Part shown: positions 8,691 through 16,697 of the stretch, piece by piece
Numbering within the stretch: position 1 is the first letter of the stretch
How the letters are laid out: each line of letters starts with the position of its first letter
From: Candidatus Magasanikbacteria bacterium GW2011_GWC2_37_14
GTDB lineage: Bacteria; Patescibacteriota; Patescibacteriia; Magasanikbacterales; UBA922
Direction of reading: 5' to 3'
Assembly (NCBI GenBank): GCA_000990355.1
Contig: LBSX01000002.1
Span: 6,000-69,999, forward strand
DNA: 64,000 nucleotides
The notes under the pieces: generated by a model
Told to the model about the DNA's origin: nothing
What the model saw: the letters and a program-made list of their open reading frames with translations, nothing else
Database searches by the model: none
Made by a program: the position numbers and the translations under genes

Positions 8691-9737
8691 TCAATTAGCC
8701 TTGATTTCTCCCACAATCGCTTCCAAAATATCATGAAAAGTAATAATCCCCATAATTACATCTTTATTTTTACTATTTTTATCTGTAACCAGAGCCATAT
8801 TTAGTGATGAACGTTTAAGACGTTCAATAGCCACTAATGCAGGAGTGTCAACATCAATTTTTATTGCGGGTTGGGATAAATTTCTAAGATTAATTTTTTC
8901 TTCCACATTGCCTTTAAAATAATGAGACAAAATATCTTTTACTTCTAAAATACCAATAAAATTGTCTAGAGTGTTTTCACACAGTAAAAAGATAGAACGG
9001 TCACTGGTGGATATTTTACGTTTAATCTCATCATAGGAATCATTGGTGTCTAACCATATTATCGCGTTTCGTAATGTCATAAAATCTTTAATCGGGCGAT
9101 TACCTAAATGAAAAATACTTTCCACCATTTTTTGTTCGGCTCTTTCAAATACCCCACTTTCTGCACCCTCAGCTATTAGAAGTTTAATTTCATCTTCTGT
9201 AACAATCTGTTCAGGAGCTGGCTTAATATGAAGTAACTTAAGCAATATCGTAGTTGATGAACTTAGCAGATTCACTAAAGGGGTGGCAATTTTCATTATT
9301 ATTTTTATTGGTCCAGCAACTCTTAATGATAATTTTTCAGGATTTGATAGAGCAATTTGTTTTGGCACAAGCTCGCCAATTATTAATGATAAATATGTAA
9401 TAACTATAACCACTACTGCCACGCTGATTAGCTCGCTATATCCAGTAATAGGAGGAAATACTGACAAAAATTTTTCCAAGTGTTCAGCCACAGTCGCCCC
9501 GCCAAAAGCACCAGCGAATATTCCGATAACTGTAATGCCTATTTGGATTGTAGAAAGCATTTCAGGAGATTTACGTGTCAAAAATAATGCATTTTGTGCT
9601 TTTTTGCTTCCTTGTTTAGACAAGTGTCTAAGACGGCTTTTTTTAACGCTTAACAAGGCTATTTCTGACATGGAGAAATAACCATTTAAAATAATCAAAG
9701 CAATTATTAAGAGAATTTCAATTAAGACATTTGGCAT
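8691..9737 (-). CDS. CNNM/DUF21 transmembrane domain plus CBS-pair protein (HlyC/CorC-type transporter family)
   Basis: N-terminal LNGYFSMSEIALLSVKKSRL DUF21 motif followed by two CBS-like repeats. ATG at 9737; the track start 9773 is TTG. Confidence 0.8.
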   Translation of the reverse strand: MPNVLIEILLIIALIILNGYFSMSEIALLSVKKSRLRHLSKQGSKKAQNALFLTRKSPEMLSTIQIGITVIGIFAGAFGGATVAEHLEKFLSVFPPITGYSELISVAVVVIVITYLSLIIGELVPKQIALSNPEKLSLRVAGPIKIIMKIATPLVNLLSSSTTILLKLLHIKPAPEQIVTEDEIKLLIAEGAESGVFERAEQKMVESIFHLGNRPIKDFMTLRNAIIWLDTNDSYDEIKRKISTSDRSIFLLCENTLDNFIGILEVKDILSHYFKGNVEEKINLRNLSQPAIKIDVDTPALVAIERLKRSSLNMALVTDKNSKNKDVIMGIITFHDILEAIVGEIKAN

Positions 9738-9828
9738 ATTAATAAGTTTACCATTTACAACAAAATATAACAATTGATTTTATATTGTATCGAACTTAAT
9801 GAATTAATTTGAATCTCAGCTGTAGTCA

Positions 9829-9860
9829 ACAAAAATAAGGCTTTAATTAGGCCTTATTTT
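9829..9860 (-). terminator. hairpin terminator downstream of tRNA-Asn
   Basis: AATAAGGC / GCCTTATT stem followed on the minus strand by TTTGTT. Confidence 0.5.
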
Positions 9861-9865
9861 ATAAG

Positions 9866-9937
9866 CTCGGGAGGTGGGGATCGAACCCACGACCATCACG
9901 TTAACAGCGTGCCGCTCTACCGCTGAGCTACTCCCGA
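9866..9937 (-). tRNA. tRNA-Asn (anticodon GTT)
   Basis: Manual cloverleaf: acceptor TCGGGAG/CTCCCGA, D arm GCTC-AGCGGTA-GAGC, anticodon loop CTGTTAA, T arm GTGGG-TTCGATC-CCCAC. No encoded CCA. Confidence 0.9.
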
Positions 9938-9948
9938 ATATAAAATGT

Positions 9949-10077
9949 CTGTGTATTCACAGAAACTATGAACACATTAAATACCTTATACTTAAAGTGC
10001 GAAGCGGTACCACTGCCTGCCCGCCAAGCTTGCTGGTGATTGCGCCGGATGGTTGTGGTGTGAACCGAGAGGCGGGG
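9949..10077 (-). ncRNA. GC-rich structured leader or unknown RNA co-transcribed upstream of tRNA-Asn
   Basis: 129-nt GC-rich segment bracketed by 22-nt direct repeats (9927-9948 and 10078-10099) and preceded by a consensus promoter. CCCGCC/GGCGGG and other stems are present. Class not recognised. Confidence 0.35.
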
Positions 10078-10124
10078 GCTACTCCCGAATATAAATTGTT
10101 GGTATACTGTAAAATTGTGGTGAA

Positions 10125-10153
10125 ATTATAACAAATAAAAAAACCAGTGTCAA
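10125..10153 (-). promoter_or_regulatory. perfect consensus promoter TTGACA-N17-TATAAT driving the tRNA-Asn locus
   Basis: Minus-strand TTGACA at 10153-10148 and TATAAT at 10130-10125. Confidence 0.65.
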
Positions 10154-10183
10154 TAAGGATTATTAACAAGACGGCCAAAATTT

Positions 10184-10211
10184 TTGATTTATTTAAATTT
10201 AATGCTAAAAT
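10184..10211 (+). promoter_or_regulatory. promoter with extended -10 (TTGATT-N16-TAAAAT, with TGC immediately 5' of the -10)
   Basis: TGCTAAAAT at 10203-10211, 10 nt before the Nudix ATG. The same 9-mer recurs upstream of atpG, the DUF721-like gene and lysS. Confidence 0.45.
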
Positions 10212-10220
10212 ATATCTACT

Positions 10221-10778
10221 ATGTCAGACAATAAATATTTAAACATCGTAAACGAAGCTGGCCAAATTATTGGTGAAGATTCTCGGGAAAATATTCATAA
10301 AAATGGTTTGCTACATCGCGAAGTTCATGTTTGGTTTTATACCCCTCAAGGTGAGATTATTTTGCAACACCGTGGTAAAAATGCCGAGACTTTTCCTGAT
10401 TTGTTATATGTTACTGTGGGTGGTCATGTAGAAATAGGAGAGGATTTCGAGCAAGCCGCTCTAAAAGAAGTACAAGAAGAAACAGGTGTAAAATTAAAAA
10501 TTAGTGATTTAGTTTTGGTATATAAAGCTCACGCGCCAATTGATACTGACACTGTTACTCATAAAATAAATAATACCATAAGAGCAGTTTACGTTTATTG
10601 TTATCGAGGAGCAATCAAAGATTTACAAACAGAAAAAGGTGTAGGGCAAGGTTTTGAAGTATGGCCTTTGACAAGAATATTAAATATTTCAAATGAAGAC
10701 CGAATAAAATTAATTTTTAGTATTTTAAAAGAACCAGCTTTGGGAATTTTAAAAAAGATTCAAACAATGATAAAATAG
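10221..10778 (+). CDS. Nudix hydrolase
   Basis: GGHVEIGEDFEQAALKEVQEETGV Nudix box. Confidence 0.8.
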   Translation: MSDNKYLNIVNEAGQIIGEDSRENIHKNGLLHREVHVWFYTPQGEIILQHRGKNAETFPDLLYVTVGGHVEIGEDFEQAALKEVQEETGVKLKISDLVLVYKAHAPIDTDTVTHKINNTIRAVYVYCYRGAIKDLQTEKGVGQGFEVWPLTRILNISNEDRIKLIFSILKEPALGILKKIQTMIK

Positions 10779-10806
10779 ATTTAATTTAATTCATAAGTAT
10801 AAAACT

Positions 10807-11205
10807 ATGAAAGGCTACAAAAACAATATCGAAAAATTAACTCTAGAAAATGAAAATTTTCGCCAAGTGCTTTATACTGGCAAAAATTGTCAATTAGTCT
10901 TAATGACTTTAAAACCAAATGAGGAAATTGGTATGGAAGTGCATAGTGAAAACGACCAGTTTTTTCGTTTTGAAAGTGGAACTGGTAAAGTAGTAATTGA
11001 TGGCAATGAACAAGTAGTGGGCGATGGTGACGCGGTAATTGTACCAATGGGTGCAGAACACAATATTATAAATACCTCAACGACAGAAGCCTTAAAACTT
11101 TACACTATTTATGCTCCACCACACCATGCCGATGGTACAATACACCCTACCAAAGAAATAGCTTTGGCCGATGATGAAGAATTTGACGGTGTTACAACTG
11201 AGTAG
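10807..11205 (+). CDS. cupin domain protein
   Basis: 132 aa. GMEVHSENDQFFRFESG...GDAVIVPMGAEHNIIN is a two-motif cupin pattern. Confidence 0.7.
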   Translation: MKGYKNNIEKLTLENENFRQVLYTGKNCQLVLMTLKPNEEIGMEVHSENDQFFRFESGTGKVVIDGNEQVVGDGDAVIVPMGAEHNIINTSTTEALKLYTIYAPPHHADGTIHPTKEIALADDEEFDGVTTE

Positions 11206-11207
11206 TT

Positions 11208-11402
11208 ATGAATGGACAAAATCGTGCTGACATAAAAATTGGCTTGGCAGTGGAAATAGTTTTGAAAGCTGATCAAAGAACTGGTAAACTGACCAAGGGG
11301 ATTGTTGCAGAAATTTTAACGAGTTCAAGTTTTCACCCACATGGCATAAAAGTGAGATTGGCAGACGGTCAAGTGGGTAGGGTGGCCAAGATAATTGATT
11401 AA
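11208..11402 (+). CDS. YwbE-family small protein
   Basis: 64 aa. GKLTKGIVAEILTSSSFHPHGIKVRLADGQVGRV resembles the YwbE/DUF2196 family. Confidence 0.65.
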   Translation: MNGQNRADIKIGLAVEIVLKADQRTGKLTKGIVAEILTSSSFHPHGIKVRLADGQVGRVAKIID

Positions 11403-11410
11403 TAATATTT

Positions 11411-12049
11411 ATGATTTATTTAATTGGCGCACCGCCCAGATGTGGCAAGACCACTTTGGCCAAAAAAATGTCTAAGCAAATGAGAATTCCTTGGCTGTCT
11501 TCTGATACTCTGGATTCCATAACCCAAGTATTAACAACAAAAGGAAAATTTGCTAAAAAATTTCCTTATTCTTTTTTGCGAAAAAAAGGCAGTGCCAAAA
11601 ACAATGATTCGTTTTATAATGTCTACTCACCAGAAAAAATAGTTAGTGTTTTAAAAAAAGAAGCCGAGGCAGTTCATTTAGCGATTGATACTGTAATTGC
11701 TTGTGAAATAGCCGACGGCAATGATTATATTATTGAAGGTTATCATTTATTGCCTGGTTTTGTTAATAAAATGATTAAAAAGTATGGTAAACAAAATATT
11801 CGGGCAGTTTTCTTAACTAAGTTTGATGCGAATAAATTTGCCGTAGATGTTCACAAAAGTACCACGCCCAATGATTGGTTACTGGTTTTAACTAAAAAGC
11901 CAGAAACTTTTATTAAAGTTGGCAAAATGGTTTCTGCTTTTAGTAAATATTTTGAGCAGGAGGCAAAAAAGTTTGGTTTACAGACTTTTAATACTGATAT
12001 AAATTTTATTAGACAGATTTTTGAAGCTATAAAATGTTTAAAAGCTTAA
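11411..12049 (+). CDS. P-loop NTPase / small-molecule kinase-like protein
   Basis: Walker A GAPPRCGKTT at the N-terminus. About 210 aa, a size typical of AAA_33/CPT-like kinases. Confidence 0.55.
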   Translation: MIYLIGAPPRCGKTTLAKKMSKQMRIPWLSSDTLDSITQVLTTKGKFAKKFPYSFLRKKGSAKNNDSFYNVYSPEKIVSVLKKEAEAVHLAIDTVIACEIADGNDYIIEGYHLLPGFVNKMIKKYGKQNIRAVFLTKFDANKFAVDVHKSTTPNDWLLVLTKKPETFIKVGKMVSAFSKYFEQEAKKFGLQTFNTDINFIRQIFEAIKCLKA

Positions 12050-12052
12050 TGT

Positions 12053-12493
12053 ATGAGCGATATTATATATTCAACAATGAAAAATTCAGAAGAAATTGAA
12101 TTTTTACGAGACAGAAGATCATTTAATTATTCATTCAACAAAGTTACAATGGATTCGCTAGAAAAGCATTTTAGACTAAAAGACAGCTTGTATTTGTTGG
12201 CTAAAAAAGAAGAAAGATTTGTGGCTTTTTGCTCTATTGATCGAGGGTGGTGGGAAGAAAATTTCTTTTTTATTCGTGAAATTTTGGTAGATCCAGACTT
12301 CCATAAGAGAGGAATAGGTGAAAAATTAATGAGTATGTGTATAGAACATGCAAAAAACTGTGGTACCGTGGGCGTTGTGACTGAAACAGATTTTGTAAAT
12401 ATTCCCATGCAAAAACTTTGTGAAAAACTAGGTTTTACGAAATGGGAAAATCCGCAATGGAAAGAGGGGATAACTTATAAATTGATTTTTTAG
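12053..12493 (+). CDS. GNAT family N-acetyltransferase
   Basis: VDPDFHKRGIGEKLM acetyl-CoA binding motif (Q/R-x-x-G-x-G/A). Confidence 0.75.
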   Translation: MSDIIYSTMKNSEEIEFLRDRRSFNYSFNKVTMDSLEKHFRLKDSLYLLAKKEERFVAFCSIDRGWWEENFFFIREILVDPDFHKRGIGEKLMSMCIEHAKNCGTVGVVTETDFVNIPMQKLCEKLGFTKWENPQWKEGITYKLIF

Positions 12494-12494
12494 T

Positions 12495-13460
12495 ATGAAA
12501 ATGAACAGCAATACAATAAAAATTATCAAAGCCGAACCAAAAGATGTGTTGGGTATTGCAGAAGTAAAAAAAGTTACCTGGCTTGCAACATATCCCAATA
12601 AAAAAGCTGGGATAACAATTGAGGATTTACAAAAAAGTAATTTTTTTGATATAGAAAAAATTAAACGGCGACAAAAAGAGATAAGAGAAAATATAAATCG
12701 TCAATTTTGGGTTGCCAAAGATGATAAAAAGACAGTTGGTTTTTGTGGGGCAATGAGAGAAAAAGAAAAATATGAAATTGGTGCTATCTATGTTTTACCA
12801 GAATATCAGGGTCAGGGGATTGGTAAGATGTTCATTGATAAGGCATTTGTCTGGCTTGGTGGTAATAGAGATATTATCGTTAAAGTGGTAAGCTATAATA
12901 AACAGGCGATTAATTTTTATAAAACAGTAGGCTTTAAGTTGGCTAAAGGAGTTAAAAAGTCTGAATGGCATAAATTGGCGTGTGGCAAATTACTTCCCGA
13001 GATTGAGATGTTAAGAAAGGGTGTAAAATGCAAACTTGCAACAATAAATGATACAAAAATACTTTTGAAACTAAACAGCCTTCTTGACCTAGAAGAAAAA
13101 AATAAAAAGGAAAAAATAAGTGAAGCAGTTAAAAAGAAATTAATTTGGGTTGCTGAGTGTGATAAAAAAATTGTCGGGTATGTTCTTGTTAGACTGTTTG
13201 ATAAAATGCACGAACAACTACCAAATTCTGTTTTTCTTTCTGATTTGTGTGTGCTAGATAACTATCGCGGGCAGGGTATTGGTAGAATGTTGGTACAGAA
13301 AACATTGGATAAAAAATATCCTAAACAATATCATTATTTTTCATTAACACACGATCCAAAAGAAAAAGATTTAACTAATTTTTATAAAACTTTTGGTTTT
13401 AAAGTGAAAGGAAAAACTAAAGCTGGGAATGTTAAGTTGGTTAAAAATATAATTGTATGA
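12495..13460 (+). CDS. tandem double-GNAT N-acetyltransferase
   Basis: Two motif A copies: VLPEYQGQGIGKMF and VLDNYRGQGIGRML. Confidence 0.75.
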   Translation: MKMNSNTIKIIKAEPKDVLGIAEVKKVTWLATYPNKKAGITIEDLQKSNFFDIEKIKRRQKEIRENINRQFWVAKDDKKTVGFCGAMREKEKYEIGAIYVLPEYQGQGIGKMFIDKAFVWLGGNRDIIVKVVSYNKQAINFYKTVGFKLAKGVKKSEWHKLACGKLLPEIEMLRKGVKCKLATINDTKILLKLNSLLDLEEKNKKEKISEAVKKKLIWVAECDKKIVGYVLVRLFDKMHEQLPNSVFLSDLCVLDNYRGQGIGRMLVQKTLDKKYPKQYHYFSLTHDPKEKDLTNFYKTFGFKVKGKTKAGNVKLVKNIIV

Positions 13461-13870
13461 AAAATAATTACGACTGGGAAAGTGTTGGTTTGGATTTTGG
13501 AAATTGGGATGAAGAAAAAATATGGGCGTTAAATTTGACTGTTGTAGAAATAGACATTAATGAATTGTTGTGGCATTTTGATGCTCCTTGGTGGCCAAAT
13601 GATACCGATGAACGGTGGACTGTTACTCCTTGGGATGTGTTGAATAAAACAGTAGATAGTAAAAAACAACAAGATATTACAGATCAAGTTGATCTTTCTT
13701 ATCCTATTGATATCTTTAAGAATAAAGGTAAGTGGCTTATTTTGGATGGGATTCACCGTCTGGTAAAATCATATAAACAGGGTTTAAAGAAAGTTAAGGT
13801 ACATATCATTCCACCAGAGAGGCTTCCTGAAATTTTGTCCGGTTTACCAATTGAGTTACCTAATAGTTAA
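13457..13870 (+). CDS. hypothetical protein, possible ParB/sulfiredoxin-like fold
   Basis: WLILDGIHRLVKSY resembles the DGxHR motif. Otherwise unrecognised. Confidence 0.35.
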   Translation: MKNNYDWESVGLDFGNWDEEKIWALNLTVVEIDINELLWHFDAPWWPNDTDERWTVTPWDVLNKTVDSKKQQDITDQVDLSYPIDIFKNKGKWLILDGIHRLVKSYKQGLKKVKVHIIPPERLPEILSGLPIELPNS

Positions 13871-13879
13871 TTTCTTTTT

Positions 13880-14464
13880 ATGAAAAAAATAATTCCAATA
13901 ATAAATTGCGCCACCCGACTGGCATTAGTAAATAGAACGGTTGGTTATCGTGACGGCCATTTTGAGAATGACGCCGAACATAGTTATCAACTAGCCTTGG
14001 CTTGTTGGGCGGCAAATAAACAATATAATCTTGGCCTAAATGATGAATTAATACTTAAATTTGCGTTGATACATGATTTGGTTGAGGTGTATGCCGGTGA
14101 TGTAGATGCTTTTGGCGATCCACAACAAATTGTTTTGAAAAAGGAAAATGAGAAAAAAGCCTTCGCGAAATTAAAAACAGAATTTGGTCAATTTGAGGAC
14201 ATCATAGGTATGATTGAAAAGTATGAAGAAAGAAAAGAAATTGAAGCCGAGCTGGTTTATGTATTTGATAAGCTGATCACGGATGTTAATATTTATAATA
14301 GCAAAGGAGATTATTATAAGAGTAGAAAAATTGGCGTAGACGGGTGGAAAAGTTGGTTTTTAAATAAAATAAATTACGATTCATTAGATCTGAAGCTTAA
14401 GCCACTAGTAGATGAATCAATAAAAGAAGTAGAGGAAAATTTTAAGAGTAGTTTTTATGGATAA
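13880..14464 (+). CDS. HD-domain phosphohydrolase (YfbR-like)
   Basis: NDAEHSYQLA...LIHDLVEVYAGD gives an H...HD...D metal-site pattern. Confidence 0.7.
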   Translation: MKKIIPIINCATRLALVNRTVGYRDGHFENDAEHSYQLALACWAANKQYNLGLNDELILKFALIHDLVEVYAGDVDAFGDPQQIVLKKENEKKAFAKLKTEFGQFEDIIGMIEKYEERKEIEAELVYVFDKLITDVNIYNSKGDYYKSRKIGVDGWKSWFLNKINYDSLDLKLKPLVDESIKEVEENFKSSFYG

Positions 14465-14499
14465 TACTATAATAAATGAAATTTTTTAAATAATTAACT

Positions 14500-15159
14500 A
14501 TGAAACTACTTCTTACATCCGCTGGTTGGGGAGAGAGCCCGGTGATTGGTCAGAAATTTTTGAAATTGGTTGGAAAAAAGCCTTCTGAAATTAGGATATT
14601 TTTAGTGGTGACCCCAATTAAATATCTTAAACGAAATAAATATATTTTGAACCAACTGTTGCAGTTCAAAGGAATTAAGATACCAGAGAAAAATATTACT
14701 TTTTTCAAATTAGATAGAAAACTCGCACCAGATGATTTGAAAAATATAGATGTTGTTTTTGTCTTTGGGGGAAACACTTTTGAATACTTAGACAGAATTA
14801 AAAAAACTGGCTTAGATAAAATTATTAAAAGTTTTGTTAAAAAAGGTGGTGTTTATTTGGGATTAAGTGCTGGCAGTTATGTTGCTTGTCCCACAATTGA
14901 AATGGCGACTTGGAAAAATGCTGACCCTAATTTGATTGGTCTTAAAAATTTAAAAGGTTTGGATATCGTGCCTTTTTTGGTTACCGCTCACTTTGAAGAA
15001 AAATGGCGTGAGGTCATTGAGCAGAGTGCTAAGAAAACAAAATACCAAACTATTGCCTTAACAGACAAACAAGCAATTTTGGTAAAAGGGAAAAGCATAA
15101 AGATAATTGGTAGTGGCAAGAAAAATATTTTTAATGGTAAAAAATACCAAAGTAATTAA
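14500..15159 (+). CDS. S51 peptidase (dipeptidase E-like, class I glutamine amidotransferase-like fold)
   Basis: VFGGNTFEYL...GLSAGSYVA carries the nucleophile-Ser motif. Confidence 0.65.
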   Translation: MKLLLTSAGWGESPVIGQKFLKLVGKKPSEIRIFLVVTPIKYLKRNKYILNQLLQFKGIKIPEKNITFFKLDRKLAPDDLKNIDVVFVFGGNTFEYLDRIKKTGLDKIIKSFVKKGGVYLGLSAGSYVACPTIEMATWKNADPNLIGLKNLKGLDIVPFLVTAHFEEKWREVIEQSAKKTKYQTIALTDKQAILVKGKSIKIIGSGKKNIFNGKKYQSN

Positions 15160-15241
15160 AATGAAATTAATTTTATAAATTCCTTCTATCGTGCTATAAT
15201 TTATTAAACACAGTTTATTAATATAAATTAAACTAATATTT

Positions 15242-16564
15242 ATGTTAGAATCAATCGCTTTTAAACTATTTTTGTCAATACTAATTGGTGCCGCTATTGG
15301 TCTAGAAAGACAAAGTGGAGCTACACAAGAAGCACCTGGTGGTATTAGAACTTTTTCCATTGTCTCATTAATGGGTGCTTTAGGAGGAGTACTCCTTACT
15401 TCGGGTGCTAATGTGTTGTTTGCCATAATGAGCGCATTTGTGGCACTGTTAATTTTGGCTTATTATGTTATTTATTCATTAAAATCAAACAAACTTGGTT
15501 TTACCAACGAACTGGCAGTATTTTTTGCATATCTTTTGGGCTTTTTAGTAACTGCCTCTAGTCTATCATTACAAGTTGTGATTGCAATTTTTGTAGTTGT
15601 GCTTTTAATTTTATCTTTTAAACACAAAGTTAAGCACTTCATGGCTAGAGTTTCTCGGAGTGAAACAGAGTCTTTTATTAGTTATGCTATTATTGCTTTG
15701 GTAGTTATGCCATTTTTACCGAATACCGCTATTCATGTTAGTGATATTCCACTTTTACAAACTATTCTAAATGGTTATCAAATAAATTTAGGCGCTTTTG
15801 GTAGTATGGAAATATTTAATCCTCGAAATATTTGGTATATTGTAGTTTTGGTAACTGGTATTGATGTTTTTGGTTATTTATTGGGTAAATTATTTGGCAA
15901 CAAACGTAGTTTTGTTCTTACTAGTTTAATTGGTGGCTTTATTTCTTCTACTTCTACAACTATAGCGATGGCCAATAAAAGTAAAAAAGGTGGTGTGGTT
16001 AATCATTTGGTAGGGGCGACGTTAATTGCCAATATGGCCAGTATTTTTCCAATTTTTTTATTGGTTGGGCCAATAAATGGAGCCTGGTTAGCGACAATTG
16101 TTCCGACATTGGTTTTAGTTATTTTAAGTGCAGCTATTTTAGGAGCTGTTTTTCTCTTAAAAAAGACTGAAAAAAAAGATGAGGCAAATAAATTGGATAC
16201 TTCTGCAGAAAAGAAGGGTAAAGTGTTTTCATTAATGCCAGCTTTAAAATTTGCTCTTATTTTAATTGCAGTAAAATTTGTTACCAAAATTTGTTTAGTG
16301 GTTTTTGGTAACTCAGGATTTATAATTAGTTCAATGATTGCTTCGCTCGCTGGTTTAGATGCCATAGTTATAAATTTGGCAGACATGGCGGGTAAGACTA
16401 TTACTTTTCATACAGCTTTATTCACTCTTATCTTGGTAAGTGCTACCAACATGGTTGGCAAAATGGTCTATTCATTTATTCAAGGAAAAGGCTCATTTGC
16501 TCTCAAATTATCACTCTCCTTAGCTGTGGTTATTGGTGTAAGTTTTATAGGTCTATTTATTTAA
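15242..16564 (+). CDS. MgtC/SapB-family N-terminal domain plus DUF4010-like polytopic membrane protein
   Basis: LSILIGAAIGLERQ...GIRTF MgtC motif followed by a long hydrophobic C-terminal half. Confidence 0.65.
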   Translation: MLESIAFKLFLSILIGAAIGLERQSGATQEAPGGIRTFSIVSLMGALGGVLLTSGANVLFAIMSAFVALLILAYYVIYSLKSNKLGFTNELAVFFAYLLGFLVTASSLSLQVVIAIFVVVLLILSFKHKVKHFMARVSRSETESFISYAIIALVVMPFLPNTAIHVSDIPLLQTILNGYQINLGAFGSMEIFNPRNIWYIVVLVTGIDVFGYLLGKLFGNKRSFVLTSLIGGFISSTSTTIAMANKSKKGGVVNHLVGATLIANMASIFPIFLLVGPINGAWLATIVPTLVLVILSAAILGAVFLLKKTEKKDEANKLDTSAEKKGKVFSLMPALKFALILIAVKFVTKICLVVFGNSGFIISSMIASLAGLDAIVINLADMAGKTITFHTALFTLILVSATNMVGKMVYSFIQGKGSFALKLSLSLAVVIGVSFIGLFI

Positions 16565-16595
16565 TTGACTTTGCATTTATAAGAAAAAATATTTA

Positions 16596-16625
16596 AACAT
16601 CTCAACCTAACTGAGATGTTTTTTA
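16596..16625 (+). terminator. rho-independent terminator
   Basis: AACATCTCA / TGAGATGTT stem plus T-run. Confidence 0.75.
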
Positions 16626-16654
16626 ACCCTTTTATTTTCAATTAGTGCTGGGGG

Positions 16655-16683
16655 TTGACAAACAATTAAATTTTCGCTATAAT
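16655..16683 (+). promoter_or_regulatory. perfect consensus promoter TTGACA-N17-TATAAT upstream of typA
   Basis: TTGACA 16655-16660, TATAAT 16678-16683. Confidence 0.7.
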
Positions 16684-16697
16684 TAGGCAATTCTTAT

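Noticed and set aside
9938-10120. Possibility that the GC-rich segment upstream of tRNA-Asn is the SRP (4.5S) RNA, tmRNA, or a second tRNA
   Set aside because: I could not find the conserved SRP helix-8 motif (GGAA-type tetraloop flanked by AGCAGC-like bases). I also found no tmRNA tRNA-like 3' end and no complementary acceptor 3' strand (CTCCCGA). It is kept as an unknown RNA pending a covariance-model scan.
9874-10178. ORFs 9874-10131 (+) and 9966-10178 (-)
   Set aside because: They run across the tRNA-Asn gene and the GC-rich structured segment. There is no coding signature and no plausible start context.
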